The position numbers were made by a program, and so were the translations under genes. A stretch of 64,000 bases of DNA from an uncultured Actinomycetes bacterium (GTDB lineage Bacteria; Actinomycetota; UBA4738; HRBIN12), in NCBI GenBank assembly GCA_963799625.1, contig CAWCXU010000001.1:57979-121978 (forward strand), in the 5' to 3' direction. The notes beneath the pieces are model-generated. The model was not told the DNA's origin and did no database searches. It saw nothing but the letters and a program-made list of their open reading frames with translations. This document shows positions 28,873-38,562 of this stretch, piece by piece; position 1 is the stretch's first letter, and the number at the start of each line of letters is the position of its first letter.

Positions 28873-29850
28873 GTGATGGAGTTCCGGTCGACGCTCGGTG
28901 AGCTGGCCGCCCGGGTGCGCCGCGACCGGATCGCGCTGGCGGCGGCGGGCGTGACGTACCACTGGTTCCTCGCGGTGTTCCCGTTCCTGTTCGCGGTCGT
29001 CGCCGCGCTCGCCCTCACCGATCGTTCGGTCAACGACGAGGTGATCAGCTCCACGATCGAGCACGTCGCGCCGGCGGGCGTCGACGCCTTCCTTATGGGC
29101 CTGGTGACGCAAGCGCGCGCGTCGGCCGACCCGCAAGGCTTGCTCACGATCGGCATCGCCATTGCCCTGGCCGTGGTGAGCGCGTCATCCGGGATGGCTG
29201 CGCTGCTGCAAGGGATGGAGGTCGCGTCGGAGTCGGCGCCGCAACCGTGGTTCCGTCGCCGTGTTGTCGCGCTCGCGCTCGTCGTCGGAACCCTCGTCCT
29301 GGCCGGCGTGGCGATCGGCTTCGGAGCCGCGTTCGCTTCCCTCGTCGACATCCTATGGCTCGTGACGGCGATCCACTGGAGCCTCGTCGTGGTCGTGATC
29401 GCGGCGGTGCTCGGCGCGATCTCGATCGCGCGTACCCATGGGTCGGCAGCCCATCCGTTCCTGACGCTCGGCACGGCGGTCTCGATCGCGGCCATCGTGG
29501 TCGCGTCCTTCGCGATCGCCATCTTCTCTGAGCGGTTCGGAGGGTCGTTCGCACGGACGTACGGAACCTTCACGAGCATCGCCGTCCTGCTGCTGTGGTT
29601 CTACGCGGTCGCGATGGCCGTCCTCCTGGGTGCGGAGATCGACGCGGTCAGAACTCCGCGTTTGCGCCCCGGACGTACGGGTATCGATGGTGGTGTGCAA
29701 GGGAAGGAGAGCGCCATGACAAGCGAGACAGACACCGCAACGTACCGGTGTGATCTGTGCGGCGAGACCTTCGAGCGCGAAGAAGACCTTCGCGACCACT
29801 GGGAAGCACAGCACGCGGCCTCGGTCGTGGGCGCAGCGTCGCACCGTTGA
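28873..29850 (+). CDS. YihY/BrkB family inner membrane protein with in-frame C-terminal C2H2 zinc finger
   Basis: AAAGVTYHWFLAVFP, SASSGMAALLQG, FARTYGTFTSIAVLLLWFY...LLGAEI; tail YRCDLCGETFEREEDLRDHWEAQH. Confidence 0.8.
   Translation: MMEFRSTLGELAARVRRDRIALAAAGVTYHWFLAVFPFLFAVVAALALTDRSVNDEVISSTIEHVAPAGVDAFLMGLVTQARASADPQGLLTIGIAIALAVVSASSGMAALLQGMEVASESAPQPWFRRRVVALALVVGTLVLAGVAIGFGAAFASLVDILWLVTAIHWSLVVVVIAAVLGAISIARTHGSAAHPFLTLGTAVSIAAIVVASFAIAIFSERFGGSFARTYGTFTSIAVLLLWFYAVAMAVLLGAEIDAVRTPRLRPGRTGIDGGVQGKESAMTSETDTATYRCDLCGETFEREEDLRDHWEAQHAASVVGAASHR
29716..29850 (+). CDS. Possible independently translated 44-aa C2H2 zinc-finger microprotein (internal start)
   Basis: GGGAAGGAG SD 7 nt before ATG 29716, in frame with YihY. 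Confidence 0.55.
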   Translation: MTSETDTATYRCDLCGETFEREEDLRDHWEAQHAASVVGAASHR

Positions 29851-29909
29851 GGGGCCGACGATCCGTCTCAGGCGGGAGGTGTGTCAACCCCGACCGGGTG
29901 AGGCGGTGG

Positions 29910-30155
29910 TCAGGAGGCGCTGGACGCGGTGTCGTCGGCGGACCCTCGTGCGGGCAGGAGACGGCGTAGGAGCGCACGCAGCCATCCCACGCGGCTCACC
30001 GTCTTGTCCGCCTTCAGGGCGGCCTCGTCGAGCGCCTTCCCCACCACGGGATCCCGGTTCTCTTGGGCCGCGGTTTCGATCGCCTCGACCGTCTCATCGG
30101 CGGCAGCGGCGGCGGCGTCGGCGACCGCCTGCTCCGCCGGTTCCTGTGTAACCAC
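29910..30155 (-). CDS. Small Ala/acidic helical hypothetical protein
   Basis: VVTQEPAEQAVADAAAAAADETVEAIETAAQENRDPVVGKALDEAALKADKTVSRVGWLR; codon usage looks coding. Confidence 0.45.
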   Translation of the reverse strand: MVTQEPAEQAVADAAAAAADETVEAIETAAQENRDPVVGKALDEAALKADKTVSRVGWLRALLRRLLPARGSADDTASSAS

Positions 30156-30301
30156 GTGGAGATGGTACCCCTCGGCTCGATTCCCGAGGCGCCGGGCCAG
30201 GAGCGACGCCGGAGCTCCGGTACACGTTCCCCACGCGTGTACGGTGGTCGTCCCCTTAGAGGCCCTAGCCATCACACGGACCGGCCGGACGGAGACGACG
30301 G

Positions 30302-32891
30302 ATGGAGCAGAGAGCACGCCGGGACTCCATCTTCGTTCCGGCGACTCCGGGACGGCTGTGGTTGGGGATCGCGATCGCGGTCGTCTGTCCGCTCCTGATC
30401 ACGCCACTCGTGCGCACCGGCTCGCTCTCACTGGTGCCGGGCGTGCCCTACGTGCTCGCGATCGTCGCGGCGGCGCTCGTCGGCCGTCTGGTCGCCGCCG
30501 GCATCGCGGTGCTCACCTCGACCGTGCTCCTGGATCGTTTCGTGATCGCGTCTGCCGCCGGGACCGGGCAACGCACCGAGCAGGACGTGTGGGCGTTGGT
30601 CGCGTTCGTTGTCGTCGCGCTCGTCGTGGTCGAGCTGTTGGTTCGGCTCGAACGCACGGTCGGTCGCGAGGAGCGTGAGCGCGATCGACTGCGGTTCCTG
30701 GCCCGGGCCGGCGATGCCCTGTCAGGCTCGCTCGACGTGGAGGACACGCTCCGGGCGCTGAGCGAGGTGCTGGTGCCGGCGCTCGCCGACTGGTTCGCGG
30801 TGGATCTCCTGGAGGACAGCCGGATCCGCACGATCCTCGTCGTCCATCCCGATCCCGCGAAGGTCGCACTCGCGCGAGACCTCCAACGGCGCTTCCCGAC
30901 CGACCCCGATGCGCCGACCGGATCGCCGCACGTGATCCGGACGGGCGAGTCGGAGCTCACGCCCTCGATCCCCGACGAGATGCTCCGGGCATTGATCGAG
31001 GATCCCGAGCTCCTCGAGACGATGCGCGGCCTCGGCCTGCGCTGCGCGATGGTGGTACCGCTCACGGCTCGAGGGCGGACGTTCGGCGCGCTCACCTTGA
31101 TCGGGGCCGAGACGCACCCTCGCTACGACTCTGCAGACCTGCAGCTCGCAGAGGAGATCGCGGATCGAGCGGCGCTGGCGATCGACACCGCTCGGTCCTT
31201 CGCCGCCGAGAGCGAGGCTCGGGCCGCAGCCGTGGAGCTCGCCCGTCGCAACGAGGTGCTGAAGGACGTCACCGCCGCGTTCGGGCGGGCGGCGTCGGTT
31301 CCCGAGGTCCTCACCGCGATGCTCGAGCTGGGGGTCCGAACGGCGGGGGCGGCGGGGGCGACCGTCGGCATCGTCGAGGACGGCGGACGCGTGGATGTGG
31401 CCGGGCTGAGCGGCTACGAGCCCGACGATCGGCCCTACTGGAACACGTTCGCGCTCAGCGATCCGCTGCCGATGTCGGACGCGATCCGCGACCGGCAGCC
31501 GGTCGTCCTGTCGACCACCGAGGAGCGCGATCGCCTGTACCCGGCCCTGCGGGGCCGGGGAGAGCAGCGCGACCACGCGCTCGTGTGCCTGCCGCTGTTG
31601 CTCGGCGACGTCGCGATCGGCGCCTTCTCCGCCTCCTACCCCCCGGGGACCGACTTCGGTCACGAGGACCTGTCCTTCCTGCGCGCGATCGGCGAGCAGT
31701 GCGCGCAGGCCATCGACCGGGCGCGGTCACGCGAGCGGGCGGCGCGAGCGCGGTTGCGGTTCGACGCGCTCGCCACCGCCTCACGCACGCTCGCGCTGAC
31801 GCTCGACTACGAGGAGACCGCGCGGTCGGCGGTGCGGCTGGCCGTGGACCACCTGGGGGCTGAGGCGACCCTGTTCGTATCCGAGCGCGAGGGGCTGACC
31901 GCGATCGCGCACATGGCCGCCACGACGAGCGCGCCGGAGGCGTCGTCGGAGTCGCTCGAGCGGGCGGCGATGGCCGCGACCGAGCAAGGCGTCACCGTGT
32001 CCGAGCCCGGCGTCGCGATCGCGTTGCCGCTCACGATCGCCGGCACCACCTCGGGTGCGCTTGCGGTCGGCGCACCTGCGATCGACGCGGACGACGAGGA
32101 CGACCTCGCGTTCGCAAGGGAGGTGACCCGGCGGATCGCGCGGGCGATGGAGAACGCCCGGCTCTACCGGGACCGCGATCGGGTCGCCAAGACGTTGCAG
32201 GCGAGCCTGCTCCCGCCGCAGCTGCCCGTCGTGCCCGGGATGGACGTGGCGTCGCTGTTCCTGCCGGCGATCGCAGGCTACGAGGTCGGCGGCGACTTCT
32301 ACGACGTCTTCGAGCTCGACGACGGTCGGTGGGTCGCGCTCGTCGGCGACGTCTGCGGCAAGGGGCTCGAAGCGGCCGCGCTCACCGGGCTCGCGCGTCA
32401 CACGTTGCGAGCGGTCGCGAACGTCAAGCGGCCGAGCGAGGCGCTCGTCGAGCTCAACCGTGCGCTCCTGCGCGAACGGATCGACGGCCGGTTCTGCACG
32501 GTTGCCATCGCGATGCTGGAGGCGCCGGAGGGTCATGGCGCTCGCGTCACGGTCGCCGTCGGCGGGCACCCGCTGCCCCAACACGTCCTCGCGGACGGGA
32601 GCGGCGACGAGCGTCGGGCGTCACGGCACGCTGCTCGGCGTCGCCGAGAAGGTTGCCCTGCAGGATGACACCGTGATCCTCGAGCCGGGTGAGGCGCTCG
32701 TCCTGTTCACCGACGGGATCATCGGCAAGCGCGAGGAGGCCGAGGGCTCGGTCACTCTGCGGAGCGCGCTTCGGGCCGGGATGCCGGCATCGGCGGCCGA
32801 CCTGCGCGATCGGATCGAGCGGTCCGTTCGGGACGAGATGGGCAGCGATCAGCTCGACGACGTCGCCGTGTTGGTCCTGATGGCGCGCTGA
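30302..32891 (+). CDS. Membrane (DUF4118-like)-GAF-GAF-SpoIIE phosphatase, apparent frameshift near 32605
   Basis: N-term TM bundle; LVPALADWFAVDL GAF; EVGGDFYDVF, VGDVCGKG, GGHPLP, then shifted frame RHGTLLGV...LFTDGI...DDVAVLVL. Confidence 0.85.
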
Positions 32892-32898
32892 GCGCGCT

Positions 32899-33300
32899 CT
32901 ACGACGCGCACTTGCGTAGCCGCACGGTCGTGCCGGCGCGAGCCTCCGTGCCACGGTGCAGCGAGAAGTCGTCCACCATCGCGGCCATCAGGTACATCCC
33001 GCGGTGGGAGCCCGGGTCGCCCTCGACGACGGGCAGGGTCATGCGGTAGACGCCGTCATCCTCCACGGTGATCTCCACGCAGGTGCCGCTGGGAGCGACG
33101 GTGACCCGGATCTCGTCGGTGCCGCTGTACCTGATCGCGTTCGCGCACGCCTCGGTGACGGCCAGGACGAGGTCGTGGATCGACGGCTGCTCGAGGTAGG
33201 GCCGTGACGCCGCCGCGACGAACCGTCGCACGTCGGCAAGGAGTGCGGTGTTCCCCGCGGGGTACGCCTGCGTGGCGGCCGCGGCCGCCGACTCAGGCAT
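32899..33300 (-). CDS. RsbW-like anti-sigma kinase (HATPase_c_2)
   Basis: DLVLAVTEACANAIRYS, VEDDG, HRGMYLMAAMVDD. Confidence 0.82.
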   Translation of the reverse strand: MPESAAAAATQAYPAGNTALLADVRRFVAAASRPYLEQPSIHDLVLAVTEACANAIRYSGTDEIRVTVAPSGTCVEITVEDDGVYRMTLPVVEGDPGSHRGMYLMAAMVDDFSLHRGTEARAGTTVRLRKCAS

Positions 33301-33617
33301 CGCGAACCTCCTCGATCACGATGCCGAGGTCGGGGAGCCCTGCAACCTCGAACACGCGTGCGATGTGCGGCGAAGGCCCTCGCAGGTGCAGCACGCCGCG
33401 CTCGTGGATCGCCCGCTCGAGCCTGACGAGCAGACGGATCCCGCTGCTGTCGATGAACGCGAGGTCCGAGACGTCGATCGTCACGTCGCCGGGCGCATCG
33501 AACAGCGGCGACAGCGCGAGGTCGGCCTTCTCGTAGACGAGGAGGTCGAGCTCGCCGACTCAGCCGCGCGCCGTCGAGTCCCTCGGCGAGGTCGGCACGG
33601 AAGGCGTCGTCCACCAC
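33293..33617 (-). CDS. STAS-domain protein, apparent frameshift near 33560
   Basis: N-term MVDDAFRADLAEGLDGARL shifts into VGELDLLVYEKA...IDVSDLAFIDSSGIRLL. Confidence 0.75.
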
Positions 33618-33675
33618 GCGTGCACCTTACGGGGGCGGGGCGAACCCAGACAATGGTGTGAACGAGTGGGTGGAG

Positions 33676-33700
33676 GTTTCCCGCACCGCGCCCGTGGGCA
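33676..33700 (+). promoter_or_regulatory. SigB/SigF-type promoter of the CPxCG microprotein
   Basis: GGTTT-16 nt-GGGCA, 13 nt before ATG 33714. Confidence 0.55.
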
Positions 33701-33713
33701 CGACTACGTCAGG

Positions 33714-33959
33714 ATGGCCGAGGACGAGGGGACCCACTGTCCGGTGTGCGGGAAGGGCGTGCTGGCCGACATCGCGTACGACGCCGCGGCGCGCGCCGAG
33801 CCTGCCCCGGAACAGCAGCCGACGAGCCGGCAGCTCGACACGTATACGTGCGGGCACCAGGTGCCCGGCGCCCAGCTCGAGGCAGCCGACGACCGTCTCG
33901 ACGTCGAGCGCCGCACCTCGGAGGAGGCGGCCGAGCCGCGGCCGGAGCCCGACGGATGA
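33714..33959 (+). CDS. Small CPxCG-type putative zinc-binding protein
   Basis: MAEDEGTHCPVCGKG...YTCGH; acidic tail. Confidence 0.65.
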   Translation: MAEDEGTHCPVCGKGVLADIAYDAAARAEPAPEQQPTSRQLDTYTCGHQVPGAQLEAADDRLDVERRTSEEAAEPRPEPDG

Positions 33960-34106
33960 CCGACGAGCGTGATGCCCACGTTCGCCGGGATCGACGTGCG
34001 GCGGCGGGTTGCACGGACTGCGAGGTATCTCGGGAGGGAACGCAGACCGTGCTCGGGGAAGGGCCCGCCGCCGCGCGATCTGCATGATCGGGGAGGACGC
34101 CGAGCG

Positions 34107-34481
34107 CTAGGCCGGAACGGTGAGTTCGAACCAGACGCGTGTCGGGTGCTGCGCGTGCCCCCATCGGGCGGATGCATGTTCGACGATGCGAAGGCCGAAG
34201 GACCGATCCCCCCGCCTCCGGAGATCGCCGAAGCCCATCCCCGCATCGACGACCTCCACCCTGATCCCTCCCGGGAACGCGGCGACACGCACCGATACGG
34301 TCTCCGGCGCTGCCAGGCCACTGTGCACCACGCTGTTCGATACCAGCTCCGATACGAGCAGGGCAGCGAGGTCGTCGAGCTCGAGCGGCACGACACCGCT
34401 GCTACGCAACCATCGTCGCGCGTCTCGCGGAGCCTCTTTGGAAAGGGGGAGCACGGTCTGCGCTTCACGGGGAGATGCCAT
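34107..34481 (-). CDS. HATPase_c_2 ATP-binding protein (anti-sigma-like)
   Basis: APRDARRW, LLVSELVSNSVVHS, VVDAGMGF, FGLRIVEHASARWG, VWFEL. Confidence 0.82.
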   Translation of the reverse strand: MASPREAQTVLPLSKEAPRDARRWLRSSGVVPLELDDLAALLVSELVSNSVVHSGLAAPETVSVRVAAFPGGIRVEVVDAGMGFGDLRRRGDRSFGLRIVEHASARWGHAQHPTRVWFELTVPA

Positions 34482-34506
34482 GTGGGGAGTCCTCACCATC
34501 AGGAGG

Positions 34507-34530
34507 TTCCCGTTCTTCGTGCAGGGAAAC
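34507..34530 (-). promoter_or_regulatory. SigB/SigF-type promoter of the HATPase gene
   Basis: GGTTT-15 nt-GGGAA on the minus strand. Confidence 0.7.
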
Positions 34531-34790
34531 CGCCCGAACCGCGAAGCGCTCGGATGCGTACACCGATCCAGGAGCGGGTAACGCACGAACACGAGGGTGA
34601 CCGACGATGAAACAGGTGCTGATCCAACGGCCGAAGTTGCGGCGGTCCCCGCCGCCCGATCCGCTCCCGATCGATCCGCGCGACCCGGACGTGGTTCGGG
34701 CGAAGGAGCGGATCTACGCCGAGGCCCGGTCCGCACGCAGGCGCCGGTCGAGCTAGACCTCCCCGAGACCTCCCGCCCCGGCGTCGATAC

Positions 34791-36212
34791 CTACGGGGTG
34801 CCGAGGATCGCGCGCTCGTCGGCGAGCGCGATCACGAGTTGGCCGCGCGCGTTTGGATGCAGGGGCGCCGGATCGGTCGGCCCCTGCACGTAGGACTGGT
34901 CCGTGCAGAGCTCGTGCCCGGTGAAGTCCGGCTGGACGGTCTGGTAGCCGAAGGTCTGCGCACCGTTGGCGAGGACGTCGTTCAGCGCCTGCAGGTCTTG
35001 CAGCAGGGTGTCGATCTTGTCGCCGGTCAGACCGATCGACGTCAGACAGTCAAGCGAAGGGTCGAACGGCACGTAGTACTGGTTGATCACGACCGTCGGG
35101 CTCCCCGGCAAGGCGCCGATCTGCGACAGCAACCCTAGATAGTCGCGCGTGAACGACGCCAATCGCCGCTGGAAGTACGCGGTCACGGCCCGGTTGTCGC
35201 AGCTGTCCGCAGCGGCGCACAACCGGATCAGCGTGTTCCACTCGAGGTCGTTCGCGCCGACCGACACGATCACGGCCTGTGCGTTCGGTGCGCGCTTGGC
35301 GACGCCCAGCTGAGGTGGCATCGTCCGGCCGCCCTCGGACTGCGGACCGATGATCCCGTCGGGGATCGTCGCACCGCTGCACGCGAGGTTGTCGACGTTC
35401 CACTCGTTCACGCGCGCGAGCACCTCTGCGAACGCGACCGAGCTGCGCTCGCAGGCGGTGTCGTCAGCGGTGGGGTGGGCGAGCGGCGCCCCGCCGAGCC
35501 CCGCGGCGGTGGAGTCGCCGAGCACGATCGCCTGCACGCCGGCGAGCGACGGTCCTGGTGCGACCGCGACGGGCGCGATCTGTGTCTGGCCGACCAGGCC
35601 CTCGAGGCTCCGGACGTCGCGCAGGACCGCCGGTGCGGTGAACGCCGTCACCATGATCAGCCCCAGGTTCACGGCCTCGACGAACAGCAGGCCGCCCCCG
35701 ATCACCATCACGGTCTTCTTCCCGTGGTAGCGGCGCCAGCCCGCGATCGCCCCGAGGAGGACGATCGCGCCGAGCGCGACGTACAGGATCTCGGAGGCGA
35801 AGTACCAGCGCCATCCGCTCGCGAGCGCCGACCCGAGGGTCTCCGCGATCGAGGCGTGCGGGCCGGGAGAGAACAGCCCCGCGACCTGTTCGTTGAGGCT
35901 GATGTCGGTGAGCGTGAGCTGCGGCCGCACGGGGCCGAAGAACTCGACCTGCGTGGGGATCGTCTGCCCGAACAGCACGGCCTGTCCCGGTCCCTTCAGG
36001 TGCCAGGTCGGCGGCGCGGTCCCCACCGACACCGTTTGTCCGAGCGCCTGGACCGTCCGTTCGGGGGTCACCTGCAGCGCGAACGCGATCGAGGCGACCG
36101 TGACCGCGAGCAGGAGGCCGAACCCGACCAGGACGCGCAGGACCCGCCGCCCGCGGCTCCGTGTGGGGGCGGGCTGCTCCGTGTCGATCGCGGACGTGGT
36201 GGACGTAGACAT
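34791..36212 (-). CDS. Membrane-anchored SGNH/GDSL hydrolase
   Basis: Three N-terminal TM segments; LGDSTAAG (Ser), LACSGAT, SVGANDL, PLHPNARG (His). Confidence 0.85.
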   Translation of the reverse strand: MSTSTTSAIDTEQPAPTRSRGRRVLRVLVGFGLLLAVTVASIAFALQVTPERTVQALGQTVSVGTAPPTWHLKGPGQAVLFGQTIPTQVEFFGPVRPQLTLTDISLNEQVAGLFSPGPHASIAETLGSALASGWRWYFASEILYVALGAIVLLGAIAGWRRYHGKKTVMVIGGGLLFVEAVNLGLIMVTAFTAPAVLRDVRSLEGLVGQTQIAPVAVAPGPSLAGVQAIVLGDSTAAGLGGAPLAHPTADDTACERSSVAFAEVLARVNEWNVDNLACSGATIPDGIIGPQSEGGRTMPPQLGVAKRAPNAQAVIVSVGANDLEWNTLIRLCAAADSCDNRAVTAYFQRRLASFTRDYLGLLSQIGALPGSPTVVINQYYVPFDPSLDCLTSIGLTGDKIDTLLQDLQALNDVLANGAQTFGYQTVQPDFTGHELCTDQSYVQGPTDPAPLHPNARGQLVIALADERAILGTP

Positions 36213-36362
36213 GGGTATCGGGTGGGGTATCGGGTGCCGAGACCTCGCGGGATAGCCAGCCTACCGGCGTCGGGCGAACCGCCTGTCGGATACCCCCTCC
36301 CTCGTTCGTCTGAGGAGTGGTTCGCGGGGATGCGGACCGGTGACGGACGGAAGGAGGCACCG

Positions 36363-36803
36363 ATGTTCCATTCCTCGATCACGATCGACGCGCCGCCCGA
36401 GGCGGTCTTCGACGAGCTCTCCCACGTGGAGCGGCACCCGGCCTGGGCCAACCCCAAGGCAGACATGACGATGGAGCAGGTGGCGGGTGAGGGCCCGGGA
36501 CCCGACGCGAAGTACCGGTCGACCGGGATCTTCACGAAGTCGCGGGTCTCGGCCGACCTGGCGGTGACGTCCTACCGGCCGTCGACCGCGTTCACGATCC
36601 GGCTGGACCAGCACCAGGAGGGGAAGAAGGACGCCTGGTACCAGCACGCGTACACGCTGACGCCGCAGGGCTCCGGCACGCTTCTGGAGAAGGAGACCGA
36701 CGGGAGCATCAATCCCGTGGTCCGGGTGCTCGCCGGGCCGGCGATCAAGAAGGACGCGATGACCTCGCTGACCAACCTGAAGCACCTGCTCGAGTCCCGC
36801 TGA
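36363..36803 (+). CDS. SRPBCC (polyketide cyclase/dehydrase-like) family protein
   Basis: SSITIDAPPEAVFDELSHVERHPAW; AAGGAGG SD. Confidence 0.8.
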   Translation: MFHSSITIDAPPEAVFDELSHVERHPAWANPKADMTMEQVAGEGPGPDAKYRSTGIFTKSRVSADLAVTSYRPSTAFTIRLDQHQEGKKDAWYQHAYTLTPQGSGTLLEKETDGSINPVVRVLAGPAIKKDAMTSLTNLKHLLESR

Positions 36804-36836
36804 GCTCCCCTTCTTCCTTCAACCTCGCGGATGAAG

Positions 36837-36859
36837 GTTTGGGTGTGCCTCGTTGGGTA
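36837..36859 (+). promoter_or_regulatory. SigB/SigF-type promoter of the Cys-rich microprotein
   Basis: GGTTT-14 nt-GGGTA, 10 nt before ATG 36870. Confidence 0.7.
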
Positions 36860-36869
36860 GCACGTTCGC

Positions 36870-37109
36870 ATGACGACCCCGACGATCGACGCAACCCATG
36901 CCCCGGCGTCCGGCCAGGTACGGGTGCACTGTGTCGCATGTCGTGGCGACGGGACGGTCGCGGAGGGCGATCGGTTCTCCTGCGCATGCGGACTGTCACG
37001 AGTGTGGAGATCGGAGGGTTCGGTCGAGCTCCTGGGGCCGTGCGTCGCCTGGTGGCTCGGCCCGGCGCAGGGAACGATCGGCCGGCGTCGAGTCCCACCG
37101 CTGCTCTAG
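36870..37109 (+). CDS. Small Cys-rich putative zinc-ribbon protein
   Basis: HCVACRGDG...FSCACG; promoter directly upstream. Confidence 0.55.
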   Translation: MTTPTIDATHAPASGQVRVHCVACRGDGTVAEGDRFSCACGLSRVWRSEGSVELLGPCVAWWLGPAQGTIGRRRVPPLL

Positions 37110-37135
37110 CCGGCGACGGATCGCCGAGCGGTCAC

Positions 37136-38104
37136 TCAGGACCGGGTTACCTCTGCTGGCGCTTCGCATCTGAGCTCGGCCCACACGACCTTGCCCGATC
37201 CCACCGACCCATCGCCCCACCGGTTCGCGACCGCGGCGACCAACGTCAGCCCGTGCCCCGATCTGGAGCCGCGAGGAGCCGTCGCCACCGTAGGCGCGAC
37301 AGATGAGGAGTCCTGGACCGAGATGCGGACGTTTCTTTCGCCGCGGGTAAGGGTGACGATGAAGTCAGACCGAGCGTGCACGACCGCATTGGTGGCCAGC
37401 TCGGTGACGATGAGCGCAGCGTCGTCGACCAGCCATGGGCATCGCCACGCCTCGAGCGTGTCCGCGACGAAGTGACGAGCGTCCCGCGGTGCGTACACCG
37501 TCCCCGCGAACCGGTGTGTTGCCTCAGCCAGCGCCGGCTCGGCTCCGTGGTCCTCGAGATGGCCGTTGACGCTCGAATGGAGGCGACAGAGCGTATCCAG
37601 GGCGGGGCGATGCTCGTCCTGTGTGATCGACCCTATGTGGTAGGCGCACAGCAACGAGAACGGCGTCTCGTTGCGGAGCTCGTTCCAACGGGATTCGAGG
37701 TCGAGTGCGGGAACCACATGGCCCCTGTCCCACAAGACCGCGACGATCTCGCCGTAGACAGAAACGTCACGTCCACTCTGCGCCGCTTCGCGAACGGTCG
37801 TTCCCACCAACGACTCGAAGCGCTCGCCGGTGAGGTCGCCATCTGCCAAGCTCGTCGCGACCTCCTCGGCGTCGATCGAGATCAACCGTCCGCTCGAGCG
37901 CATGTCCGAGACCGCGACGCCGAGGGACTCCATCGCAGCCCCGAAGGCGCGCGTGCGTTCCGACGTGGCAGCGATGATCGAGACGCCGCCCGCCCTGAGC
38001 GCATCGGTGAGGAACCGACCGACCTTGTCGCGCAGCTCGTCGTCGCGACGATAGAACAGCACGGCGTGATCCCGGGGCTCGACGTGTGGCTGTGCGACCG
38101 CCAT
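37136..38104 (-). CDS. MEDS sensory domain + HATPase_c_2 anti-sigma-like protein
   Basis: HAVLFYRRDDEL, VSVYGEIVAVLW, LESRWNEL, SLLCAY, then IVTELATNAVVHA, VQDSS, SGHGLTLVAAVANRWG. Confidence 0.85.
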   Translation of the reverse strand: MAVAQPHVEPRDHAVLFYRRDDELRDKVGRFLTDALRAGGVSIIAATSERTRAFGAAMESLGVAVSDMRSSGRLISIDAEEVATSLADGDLTGERFESLVGTTVREAAQSGRDVSVYGEIVAVLWDRGHVVPALDLESRWNELRNETPFSLLCAYHIGSITQDEHRPALDTLCRLHSSVNGHLEDHGAEPALAEATHRFAGTVYAPRDARHFVADTLEAWRCPWLVDDAALIVTELATNAVVHARSDFIVTLTRGERNVRISVQDSSSVAPTVATAPRGSRSGHGLTLVAAVANRWGDGSVGSGKVVWAELRCEAPAEVTRS

Positions 38105-38189
38105 CTCTCTCCGCTCATCCAGGATCTCGCAAGGACCAGACCGGACTCAAGTATGGCCGCTCCACGCTGGGGAAACCATCGCTGAAGTG

Positions 38190-38214
38190 GTTTGGTCCAT
38201 GGCTTGCGGGGGAA
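38190..38214 (+). promoter_or_regulatory. SigB/SigF-type promoter of the small membrane gene
   Basis: GGTTT-16 nt-GGGAA, 11 nt before ATG 38226. Confidence 0.6.
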
Positions 38215-38225
38215 GAGAGCCTCGG

Positions 38226-38528
38226 ATGATCAAGTCTCTGTGGACCTCGATCCAGGGCGACCCCGTCTTCATGAGGAAGCTCAACGGGTGGCTGACCATG
38301 TTCTGGATCGCGATGATCCCGGTCTCCCTCATCACCCATTGGATCTCAAGCGTGACCTACGTCGCCGCTCTGTCGTTATGGGCGCTCGTGTCGGGGCATT
38401 GGTCTGCGTGGCAGGCCGCGAGGGTCGAGGTGAACCAACAGCGCGAAGATGAGGAGCGGGAGGCTCGAGACGATGCCGGCGAGATCGTCGGCCGCATCGT
38501 CGAGGACACCGAGATCAACGCATCCTGA
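38226..38528 (+). CDS. Small 2-TM hypothetical membrane protein
   Basis: MIKSLWTSIQGDPVFMRKLNGWLTMFWIAMIP...YVAALSLWALVSGHWSAWQAAR. Confidence 0.7.
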   Translation: MIKSLWTSIQGDPVFMRKLNGWLTMFWIAMIPVSLITHWISSVTYVAALSLWALVSGHWSAWQAARVEVNQQREDEEREARDDAGEIVGRIVEDTEINAS

Positions 38529-38562
38529 TGTGTCTCGCTCCGCGCTGAGTACCCTGCGGGTC

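Noticed and set aside
34597-34893. 98-aa plus-strand ORF
   Set aside because: Low-complexity, overlaps the SGNH 3' end antisense; weak support.
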